42,954 nucleotides of DNA, taken from an uncultured archaeon (GTDB taxonomy: Archaea > Asgardarchaeota > Lokiarchaeia > Sigyniarchaeales > SOKP01). Under the pieces are notes generated by a model, which was not told the origin of the DNA, did not search any database, and saw nothing but the letters and a program-made list of their open reading frames with translations. Both the position numbers and the translations under genes were made by a program. The stretch covers positions 1 through 42,954 of the forward strand of contig CAYLZE010000037.1 in the NCBI GenBank assembly GCA_964388035.1, read 5' to 3'. Below, in pieces: positions 1-8,500 of the stretch (position 1 is the first letter of the stretch; each line of letters begins with the position of its first letter).

Positions 1-2
1 CA

Positions 3-188
3 CCAAGAGGGCCGAGCTTGTCCATCAAGTTGATGAAAAAAACCATGCACGCTTATTTTATTGACATTGCTTCTAAAACGCTAGATTTAGAAAATGAAGC
101 ACTTAGGGAAGCCATGAAAACTCATGATTTTAGAGAATCCATGAAAGCTCTCACTACCAAAAAAGAACCCGAATTTAAAGGAAAATAA
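3..188 (+). CDS. 3' end of an enoyl-CoA hydratase/crotonase family protein (partial, runs off the window start)
   Basis: Manual translation of frame 3: ...GPSLSIKLMKKTMHAYFIDIASKTLDLENEALREAMKTHDFRESMKALTTKKEPEFKGK*. This matches the typical crotonase C-terminus (P.A....K..., T.D..E...AF..KR.P.F.GK). Confidence 0.8.
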   Translation, partial: PRGPSLSIKLMKKTMHAYFIDIASKTLDLENEALREAMKTHDFRESMKALTTKKEPEFKGK

Positions 189-303
189 AATGAATTTTAA
201 TAGTATGAATCAAGATCTTAGAAACTATGAGAGATTTTTAAAGAAGGTATAAAATTTATTTTTTTTACAATATTCTCGAAATTATTATAATATGTGTTGA
301 ATA

Positions 304-311
304 TTTATATA
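304..311 (+). promoter_or_regulatory. Putative archaeal TATA box for pyrG
   Basis: TTTATATA lies ~40 nt upstream of the ATG at 352. The AT-rich context makes this weak evidence. Confidence 0.35.
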
Positions 312-351
312 TTTTTTAAGTAAAAAATTTAATAAGAAATCGATTAAAAAT

Positions 352-2110
352 ATGCAGACCCAATGTAAATTTGTGTTAGTGACAGGCGGTGTAATGTCGG
401 GAATCGGGAAAGGAGTCGCAACTGCATCCTTAGGTAAAATTCTCCAATTTCGGGGGTTTAAAGTATCCGTGGTAAAAATAGACCCTTACTTGAACGTGGA
501 TCCCGGTACCCTCAACCCGATAGAGCATGGGGAATGTTTCATCACGGAACAGGTGTGGGATTTCAAGCCCGTACCTGAATCAGATGAAAGAGTATATAGA
601 ATATCTGAAATAGACCAAGACTTCGGTACATTCAACCATACTGCTCGTATGGTTTGGTAAATACGAAAGATTTCTTGGCATAGATATTCATCCCTCGCAT
701 AACATCACCTCCGGTCAAATATATTTATCCACGATTCTTAAGGAAAGAAAAGGCGAGTTTCTGGGGCGAACAGTTCAAATCATTCCTCATTGTACTGATA
801 TGATCAAGGAGAGATTACTTGCAATTGCCGAAGATGAAAATCTCGACGTGCTATTAGTAGAATGTGGTGGCACGGTCGGTGACTTGGAGTCGGGAATTTT
901 TCTGGAAGCGTTCAGGCAATTACGATTGGAACTCCCTAAGAATCACACGGCGTTCGTTCACGTCACGCTCATCCCATTTTCCAAAGCCGTAGGGCAACAG
1001 AAGTCTAAACCCACGCAACATTCAGTTAAGATGCTGCAGAGTGCTGGATTACAACCAGATATTTTAATAGGCCGAAGTGAACAACCTCTCGAAGAAGATT
1101 TGCGCAGAAAACTTTCCTTGTTTACGAATGTCCCAATGGAAGCCGTGGTGTCAAATCCCGATTTGGAATGTGTCTATGAATTACCCCTTTTATTCGAAAA
1201 ACAATCTACAGGAGATTATTTATGCGAATTATTAGACCTAAAAGCCAAATTAGTATCCTTTAGCGAAGTCACGAATTTCTCTGAATGGCAAAAAACGGTA
1301 GAAATATTTAAAAGTGCTAAGAAAAAAATACGTATCGCAATGCCGGGCAAGTATTTCAACATTTCCGATTCTTATATTTCGATAAATGATGCTTTAGAGC
1401 ATGCGGCAGTTTATCAAGGATACAATACCGATTTAAAAATGATCAATCTCACAGCTAAAACCAATATTGAAAAAGAATTGGCAGATTGCGATGGAATTCT
1501 GTTAACTCCTGGATTTGGAAGAAGAGCTGTGGAAGGAATGATTAAAAGTGCAGAAATTGCAATGGATAAGAAAATTCCCTTTTTAGGAATATGTTTCGGA
1601 GCGCAATTGTTTTATATAGCATATTGTAGAACACGTTTAGGATTAGAGGGAGCTAATTCCACAGAAATTGATCCTGATACCCCGTATCCCGTAGTTGATT
1701 TGTTAGAAAGCCAAAAAGGGGTGAATGAAAAGGGCGGTACCATGAGATTGGGGGGGCTGAAAGTGTTTATTAAAAAAGGAACAAAACTATTTGATGCTTA
1801 TCAAAAGCAAGAAGTTATAGAACGATTTCGACATCGTTATCATATTAAATTTGAGTTTATACCTAATGAGGCAAAGGCAAAGGAACTTATAATTTCAAGT
1901 ACCGATGATACGGGTGGAATTATTAACAGTATCGAATTAAATCGTTCTGATCATTGGATGGTGGGCACGCAATTTCATCCTGAATTCAAGTCCAGACCTT
2001 GGGAAGAAGGAACCTCACCAGTTTATTCAGCATTCGTCAAAGAAGCAATTAAATATAAGATTAAGAATAAAGGAGCAACTAAATATAAGATCAAGCATAA
2101 AGGAGATTAA
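352..2110 (+). CDS. pyrG: CTP synthase, split by a 31-nt insert; predicted spliced CDS join(352..631,663..2110), 575 aa
   Basis: The N-part has [12 protein letters not shown] and [12 protein letters not shown]. The frame from 662 reads [21 protein letters not shown]...[20 protein letters not shown] and continues into ORF 800..2110 ([20 protein letters not shown], glutaminase triad GICFGAQ...QFHPEF). Removing 31 nt gives [12 protein letters not shown]. Length 280+1448=1728 nt = 575 aa plus stop. Confidence 0.95.
632..662 (+). other. Candidate bulge-helix-bulge (tRNA-type) intron in pyrG mRNA
   Basis: Exon stem TTCG(622-625):CGAA(664-667). Central helix GTAC(626-629):GTAA(657-660), with 3 WC pairs and one G.A. 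Bulges ATT(630-632) and ATA(661-663). Intron hairpin CAACCATAC(633-641):GTATGGTTTG(647-656). Cleavage after the second nt of each bulge excises 632-662 and restores frame and motif. Confidence 0.8.
2045..2104 (+). repeat. 30-nt tandem duplication at the pyrG 3' end ([10 protein letters not shown] / [10 protein letters not shown])
   Basis: gcaattaaatataagattaagaataaagga (2045-2074) vs gcaactaaatataagatcaagcataaagga (2075-2104), 27/30 identical. Confidence 0.9.
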
Positions 2111-2114
2111 TAAT

Positions 2115-3641
2115 TTAATAATCTTCTAAAGAACGAAATTCTAAATCTTTTAGAAGGTAAGAATAGTCTTTTTTAGTTCCTTTTTTTAAGTACTCTTGAA
2201 AGCCTTGCTCACCTATCGGATATTTCTTTTGTAAAATATATAAATTATACTCTGCCTTTTTTCCCAATTCTTTTAATTTATCGAAATCATCATCATCATA
2301 AAGCGCAGTTTTCGCATATTCAATTGCAATGTTATATAGTTTCAATTCTTGTTCATTATACCTCATCCATTTAGCAAATTTATCTTTATTCAATATTTTG
2401 ACATTTCTTCTTAATTCTTTTTTAATGTTTTTAGATAATTTTATGTTTTTGTCAATTAATAAGGGAACTATTATTAATTCCCTGTAAGAGCTTTGATAAT
2501 TTTTATATAATTTATCAAATAGATTCTCTTTATATCTAGATGTCGAATAATCAATGCATTTCATTTTGATATTATCCTTTAAATTCAAAAGCGCGTTATC
2601 ACTAACAGTATTTCTCCCATCTGTTGGACTTATTTCATAAAAAGCTATATTACCTTTTCTTAATTGATTTTCTATAAAAAGATTTTCCATAATAAAATGG
2701 ATTGATAGCCTAATGATATTTGCTCTCTCGTGATTGGGAGAATAAAAGTTAATTATCCATTTTTTAAAATCTCTATTTTCAGTTCTAAACTTTTGCTTTA
2801 AATAATCTTTTATTGTCTTCCCATGAGGTCCATCTTCATCACCCCGTACCTCATTTAAATAATAGGAAACTCCACAAAAGGAACCAATTTGCTCAAAAAG
2901 GCTTTCCCACTCATTAAGATCTTCCATATTATATTTCTTCTCAAAACCTTTGGTACTTTTTCTGTTTTTTTCATACCATTCTTCAAAATCTTTACCTTCT
3001 TCTTCAAACTTTTTTTCAATTCTATATAATATCGTACGATTAGATATTTGATTTCCTGTTTTTTCCTCAAATTCTTCTGAAACTTTTGATAGAAATCCAT
3101 ATTTCTCAAATAATTGGATCCACAAGTTCAATTCTTGTTCACTATATACTGACTTGAATTTTGTTGGATTTTCTTGTTTGTATTCATTCTCCCCTTTTTT
3201 AAAGTCTATATTTTGTCTTAAAAACCTTCGCTTGATTCTATCTCTTATCGACGAGGATCTAAACACTTTATTATACACTTCTCCTAGCTTAATAGAAACC
3301 TGTCTAAAACTCGCCAATTCTTCATATAATTTCATCCAAAATAGCTCTTCTTTATCTCCATATTTCTGTAATTGAATATTTCTTTTATAACGAGCTTCCC
3401 AATTTTTGAAATCCCAATCTTTTTCTTTAAAATAATTTTGAAGTCTTTCCTTGATGGTCGTATCTGATGGACCTTCTCCTTCTTCATTTCTCAAAAGATC
3501 CTTAATATAATTATAACTTCCGAATTCTTCATACAGTTTTTTCCATTTTATTACATTTTTTTGATTATATTTTTCAATTCCATAAGTAATTTTAGGTCTC
3601 CAAGTAGAAACATCAATATCTTGTGAATTCATAAAGTCCAA
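2115..3641 (-). CDS. Hypothetical protein with four tandem ~65-70 aa HTH-like repeats and a C-terminal PD-(D/E)XK-like domain; possibly the 3' part of a longer disrupted gene
   Basis: The repeat pattern Y......W..L(Y/F)E..GS...V...L.......P...TI...(I/L)...F......F..W occurs four times. The C-terminus reads H..MEN...FYE.....SDNALL...CIDYSTS...K..K.Y.....LIIVP. The frame stays open upstream to 3809. AT content is very high. Confidence 0.65.
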   Translation of the reverse strand: MDFMNSQDIDVSTWRPKITYGIEKYNQKNVIKWKKLYEEFGSYNYIKDLLRNEEGEGPSDTTIKERLQNYFKEKDWDFKNWEARYKRNIQLQKYGDKEELFWMKLYEELASFRQVSIKLGEVYNKVFRSSSIRDRIKRRFLRQNIDFKKGENEYKQENPTKFKSVYSEQELNLWIQLFEKYGFLSKVSEEFEEKTGNQISNRTILYRIEKKFEEEGKDFEEWYEKNRKSTKGFEKKYNMEDLNEWESLFEQIGSFCGVSYYLNEVRGDEDGPHGKTIKDYLKQKFRTENRDFKKWIINFYSPNHERANIIRLSIHFIMENLFIENQLRKGNIAFYEISPTDGRNTVSDNALLNLKDNIKMKCIDYSTSRYKENLFDKLYKNYQSSYRELIIVPLLIDKNIKLSKNIKKELRRNVKILNKDKFAKWMRYNEQELKLYNIAIEYAKTALYDDDDFDKLKELGKKAEYNLYILQKKYPIGEQGFQEYLKKGTKKDYSYLLKDLEFRSLEDY

Positions 3642-4039
3642 GATATCTTTTGTTAAATTAATAGCATAACTCCTTGATAGATTAATATATTTTATAGTAT
3701 TTTTTAATAATTCTTTATAGTTCTCTGAATAAAGGTTAATTAGAGTAAGTATTTGGAGAAAGCGTATTGTTTGTTTATTATTCTTTTCATTCTGTCTTAT
3801 TTCATTTTGTTAAAAAAAAAATTTGCGATATTAGGTATTTCATGAAAAATCTGTTTGATAGAAAAGTTCTCATAGTTTAATTTATTTTGAAAATCTCTCA
3901 AAATCGTATTGTTAAAAAAAATAAATAATATTTTCTTTTGTTTTTGATTGAGGTAAACTTTAGGATGCGAATTTCTGTTTTTTAGAGGAATTTTAGCACA
4001 ATTATTTTCTTTCTTCATCAAATCATAAATCCCTTTCAT
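3642..4039 (-). pseudogene. Probable decayed 5' extension of the 2115..3641 gene
   Basis: There are 56 stop-free in-frame codons upstream of 3641 (to 3809). These abut ORF 3797..4039 in a neighbouring frame at an A10 run (3812-3821). Confidence 0.4.
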
Positions 4040-4289
4040 TTAATCTTTTTTAGGTATTAATAATACATTTAGATTAAACTTGAAATATGACTATAAAAAA
4101 AAGAAATTCAATTGAAATTGTAACCCTCTCTCAATCCTTGATATTGCATCCCAAGAGATTTAAATTTGATATAAATGTATTGAATTCACATTCTATAAAG
4201 CATGTATTCAATATAAGGGGAAGTCTAAAGTAAACATTGCTATTTTACCAAATTTTAAAAACAAAACATAACAAAAAAAAGTTAAAAAA

Positions 4290-6716
4290 TTAATTTTTAT
4301 CGATTGAGATATCTTTATACTGCATTTCCAGAAGATGTTTATAGACTCCATTTTCGAGTGAAACCAATTGTTCGTGCGTGCCTTGTTCCACGATGCCTTT
4401 TTTATCTTGGTCCATGACTACGATCCAATCTGCATTTTTAATCGTGGATAAGCGATGTGCTATGATTAAAGTCGTCCGTCCTTCTCTTGCTTTATCCAAA
4501 GCATCTTGAATTAGTGATTCAGTATAAGGATCTACTGAGGAAGTTGCTTCGTCTAGAATTAATACCTTGGGATTTCGTATCAATGCTCGGGCGAAAGCTA
4601 TAAGTTGGCGTTGCCCGATGGAAATATTAGATGCATTTTCTTTTAGTTTTGTATCGTATTTTTTGGGCAATGCTTCGACAAAATTGTGGAGCCCCAAGAA
4701 TTTTGAAACTTCGATCATCTTTCTTTCCAAAATTTCCTCCGTTTCGGGATTTTTATGGGAATTTTCATCAAAACCATAAAGGAGGTTTTCTCTGATTGTA
4801 CCCGTGAACAAGAACGAATCTTGGGGTACCAACCCGATTAAATCTCGAAGGGCTTTTTTAGATATGTTTTTCACGTCAATGTCATCAATTTTAACTGACC
4901 CGTCATTCACGTCATAAAATCTACAGGTTAACTTGATGAAGGTGGTCTTGCCAGCTCCAGTTCTTCCAACAATAGCAATAGTCTTGCCCTCATCAATTTC
5001 CAAGTTTACATCTTTAAGGACATACCCTACTGTTGCTTTATGTTCCATGCGTACTCGCTCTTCTTCAATAGCTTTTTTAACGATATCTGGAAAAGTGTTA
5101 ATTACTTCTTCGGGAAGAGGAAAGGTTGCAAGTATGCGCAAGAGTTGGGAGGGATTCAATTGTCCGCCCATTCCTCTATTTCCTCCCATCATTCCCCCAG
5201 ATTCTCCTCCCATTCCGCTGTCTCCTCCACCACTTGGCATCCTAACTTGACCCTTGAGTGACATTTCCAATCCTCGAACCATTTGATTCATCATGGTAGG
5301 ATTGTTTAACATTCCTTGTAAGAATGGTGGTATATTTTCTGTAAAAGCTTTTGGATTTTTTGCTGAAATGTTCGCAGGTACTTTAGGACTACTTTCCTTA
5401 GTTTTCACTGATTTACGGAAAAAGTTTTGGGATTTAATTGCTTTCTTAGCGTTCATTTTTTGATCTCGGGCTCCATTTAATTTGTATCCAAAACTTACAT
5501 GCTCAAATACGATGGATCCTCTAGGAGATTCTATCTCTATGGGATGATCTGGATCAGGAAGATCCACCTCTTCCTCTAACACAGTATAAACTCGGTCTGC
5601 GGAAGCGATTGCACTTTCCATGACTTGCTGAATTTGAGTAAGTGCCATGAAAGGTTGGAAGAGGTTTGATAAATATTGGATGAATGCGGTAAGAGTGCCC
5701 ACCGTAATGGCGATTCCAAAAGGTGCAATATTATTCAGATCGATGTATCCTCCTATTAGGAGAATGCTCGCAATCATTAAAGAGGATAAAAAGGTTATTA
5801 AAGGAAAGAATGTGGCAAAAATTCTTCGTGCTTGGAATGAAGCTTCTGCGTTCTCTACGTTAGCACGATCAAATTCATCGCTCGCCCTCTTTTCTTGACC
5901 AAAAGCTTGAACCGTTTTTGCACCAGCAATATTTTCTTGTATGGAAGAGGTGACTTTGCTTATTTTTTTCCGAGTTTTCCTAAAAGCACCAATAACACGT
6001 CTTTGAAACCATTTAGCCATGAAATAAAAGACGGGGATAACTACCAACGCAAATAGGGCAAGGAAGGGATTCAATATAAACATGAAAATATAACTGAGTG
6101 CAATTCCGATAATACTCGTAACGATTTGGACAAATTGCCCACCTACAAATAAATTTATTTGATCCACATCATTCGTTGCACGCGAGATAATATCACCCGA
6201 TGGATGCTTATCGAAATAGGACATGGACATTTTTTGGAGTTGAGCGAACACATCATTGCGCATCCAAAAGACTACACCTTGACCAATTTTTCCCAAACCA
6301 TAAGATCCAAAATAATTAATTACGGCCATGATGATGATTAAAAAGAAATAAAGAATAGTTATATTAAGTAGTACTTGGGTATTCTGCTGGATAATTCCCG
6401 TATCAATTAAAGTTTTTGTTAGTAAGGGTGTAATAGAATTTATTACCGTTCCACCGGCAATTAATATGACATAAAGAAAGAATAATTTTTTATTCCTAAA
6501 AAGATATGAAAAGATCCATCTCCACAAAATACCTCTCGGATGTTCAAGCTTCACATCATCTTCCATGAACATCATGGGACCACGATGAGCGGTCGCATCG
6601 GGCCCCCTTGGTCGATTTTGGATTTCTTTATCTATCTTCTCGAGTTTGATGGCTTCCTCTGAATCAATTGTTTCTTCAGAACCTTCTGATTTCTCTGGAA
6701 TGTTTTTATTCTTCAT
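4290..6716 (-). CDS. ABC exporter subunit, fused TMD-NBD (TM288-like half of a heterodimer), with a large NBD insertion
   Basis: Six-TM domain, Walker A GRTGAGKT, Q-loop VPQD, degenerate signature ISIGQ, Walker B ILDEATSSVD, H-switch IAHR. Overlaps the stop of the upstream partner (ATGA). Confidence 0.93.
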   Translation of the reverse strand: MKNKNIPEKSEGSEETIDSEEAIKLEKIDKEIQNRPRGPDATAHRGPMMFMEDDVKLEHPRGILWRWIFSYLFRNKKLFFLYVILIAGGTVINSITPLLTKTLIDTGIIQQNTQVLLNITILYFFLIIIMAVINYFGSYGLGKIGQGVVFWMRNDVFAQLQKMSMSYFDKHPSGDIISRATNDVDQINLFVGGQFVQIVTSIIGIALSYIFMFILNPFLALFALVVIPVFYFMAKWFQRRVIGAFRKTRKKISKVTSSIQENIAGAKTVQAFGQEKRASDEFDRANVENAEASFQARRIFATFFPLITFLSSLMIASILLIGGYIDLNNIAPFGIAITVGTLTAFIQYLSNLFQPFMALTQIQQVMESAIASADRVYTVLEEEVDLPDPDHPIEIESPRGSIVFEHVSFGYKLNGARDQKMNAKKAIKSQNFFRKSVKTKESSPKVPANISAKNPKAFTENIPPFLQGMLNNPTMMNQMVRGLEMSLKGQVRMPSGGGDSGMGGESGGMMGGNRGMGGQLNPSQLLRILATFPLPEEVINTFPDIVKKAIEEERVRMEHKATVGYVLKDVNLEIDEGKTIAIVGRTGAGKTTFIKLTCRFYDVNDGSVKIDDIDVKNISKKALRDLIGLVPQDSFLFTGTIRENLLYGFDENSHKNPETEEILERKMIEVSKFLGLHNFVEALPKKYDTKLKENASNISIGQRQLIAFARALIRNPKVLILDEATSSVDPYTESLIQDALDKAREGRTTLIIAHRLSTIKNADWIVVMDQDKKGIVEQGTHEQLVSLENGVYKHLLEMQYKDISIDKN

Positions 6717-8500
6717 TCTCGAACCATCTCTCCCGTTGGATTAACCGTTTTTGTAATAAGCTCTTTTTGCTTTCGAAAGAGCGTTTCGTAGATTTGCTTG
6801 TAAAGTACATTTTCACGTATTAATTCGTCGTGAGTTCCATATCCCACGATTCGTCCTTTATCTAGCACTAAAATCTCATCAGCATTTCGAATGGTAGAAA
6901 TTCGTTGAGTAATAATGAAGGTAGTAGTGCTTTTCATGATACGTTCGAGAGCTTGTTGAATTTTAAATTCGGTCTCCACATCAACAGAACTGGTAGAATC
7001 ATCAAAGATCAAGATTTTAGGCTTAATAATAATTGCACGAGCAATACTTAAACGCTGTTTTTGACCGCCTGAAAGAGACGTTCCGCGCTCTCCCACCATT
7101 GTTTGGTAACCATCTGGTAAGCTTGCGATGAAATCATGAATGTTGGCTACATTCGAGGCTTCTTCTATTTCCTCATAAGTCGCATCTTCCTTGCCATAGG
7201 TGATGTTTTCCTTGATGGATTTATTAAAGAGAAAAGTATCTTGAGATACTATCGTTATGTTTCGGCGTAAATCTGCAATCTTATAATCCTGAACATCCAC
7301 TCCATCAATTTTAATTGATCCCTCACTTACATCATAAAATCGAGGGATGAGGTTAATGATCGTGGATTTTCCTGAACCTGTAGTTCCAATAATTGCAACC
7401 TTACGCCCTTGAGGAACTTTAAATGTTAAGTTTTTAAGGACGCGATTACTCGGTGTATATCCAAAAGACACGTTATCAAACTCAATTTCCCCTTTAATGT
7501 TTTTACCATTAATCGCATTGGGTTTTTCAATAATATCGGGAGCAGAATCGATTACTTCTCCTACTCTTCTGAGTGCTGCATCTGCTTGAACATACATGAT
7601 CATGATCTGCCCGAGAATGATGAGCGGAAAGACCGTTAGACCGATATAAGATTGAAAAGTAATGAGTGTAGCTAAAGCCATTGTTCCTTGTATTACTAAG
7701 GTACCCCCGATATAGAGGGTAAAAATAATCATCAATCCAATCAATATGAGATTAATAGGCATGTAGAGGGAGTTAACTTTAACGGAGCGAACGCTCGCAT
7801 CATAAAAGCGCTGATTATTGACATTAAACTTGCGAGATTCTTTATTTTGCATGTTGAACATTCTAACAACCTGGGATCCTACTATATTCTCCCGAATGGA
7901 GTTTGTTAATTCTCCAAATGCTTGTCGGCTTTCATAATAAATGGGGCGTAATTTCCATGTAATCAGAAAGGATATAAAAAGTGATGTGGGTATCAAGAGC
8001 CCAAAAATCCAAATGATTTCCGTGTGCAGGATAGACACAGCAATCAGTATTCCTAGCAATTGAATGATCCCTTGTACTCCTACGGCTAATCCGAAACCAA
8101 AAATCATGTTTGTTTGTTCCACATCTGATGTAGCTCTTGCCACTAAATTTCCAATTTCCATTTGATCAAAATATGCGAAGGATTGACGATTTATCGCATT
8201 ATGAATGTCTTTCCTTATGAAATATAGAGCATTTGTCGAGACCCGGGCAGTTAAAATGCGTGAATACCGAAAAATTAGAAAAGAAACCAGTCCTAACCCT
8301 ATAATCATTCCGTAATAAAAGAACAACTCCGATATTCCAATCCTGTTAGGTAAATTAGGGTCAAGTTGACCCACCAATTGTCCTATAAATATTGGAATAA
8401 GGAGTTGAAGAATCGTGGAAACTGTTTGTAGAATGAGAGCTTCAGCGAAAATTCTCCGACTTTTTAACCAATACTTTACAATCATTTGTAATGAATTCAT
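6713..8500 (-). CDS. ABC exporter subunit, fused TMD-NBD (TM287-like half with a degenerate catalytic site)
   Basis: Walker A GTTGSGKS, signature LSGGQ, Walker B IFDD (Asp replacing the catalytic Glu), switch ITQR (Gln replacing His). Confidence 0.93.
   Translation of the reverse strand: MNSLQMIVKYWLKSRRIFAEALILQTVSTILQLLIPIFIGQLVGQLDPNLPNRIGISELFFYYGMIIGLGLVSFLIFRYSRILTARVSTNALYFIRKDIHNAINRQSFAYFDQMEIGNLVARATSDVEQTNMIFGFGLAVGVQGIIQLLGILIAVSILHTEIIWIFGLLIPTSLFISFLITWKLRPIYYESRQAFGELTNSIRENIVGSQVVRMFNMQNKESRKFNVNNQRFYDASVRSVKVNSLYMPINLILIGLMIIFTLYIGGTLVIQGTMALATLITFQSYIGLTVFPLIILGQIMIMYVQADAALRRVGEVIDSAPDIIEKPNAINGKNIKGEIEFDNVSFGYTPSNRVLKNLTFKVPQGRKVAIIGTTGSGKSTIINLIPRFYDVSEGSIKIDGVDVQDYKIADLRRNITIVSQDTFLFNKSIKENITYGKEDATYEEIEEASNVANIHDFIASLPDGYQTMVGERGTSLSGGQKQRLSIARAIIIKPKILIFDDSTSSVDVETEFKIQQALERIMKSTTTFIITQRISTIRNADEILVLDKGRIVGYGTHDELIRENVLYKQIYETLFRKQKELITKTVNPTGEMVRE

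Noticed and set aside
352-660. pyrG as a simple frameshift pseudogene, sequencing error or programmed +1 frameshift
   Set aside because: A 1-nt error or ribosomal shift would leave ~10 extra residues inside a conserved motif. The insert is a discrete 31-nt hairpin whose BHB cut sites restore the motif exactly, and the rest of the gene shows no decay. Not formally excluded without RNA data.
800-2110. Independent 436-aa gene starting at ATG 800
   Set aside because: The same frame encodes conserved CTP synthase sequence from 662, so ATG 800 is internal.
5025-5480. Intein in the ABC ATPase domain
   Set aside because: No N-terminal Cys/Ser block or C-terminal His-Asn followed by Cys/Ser/Thr.
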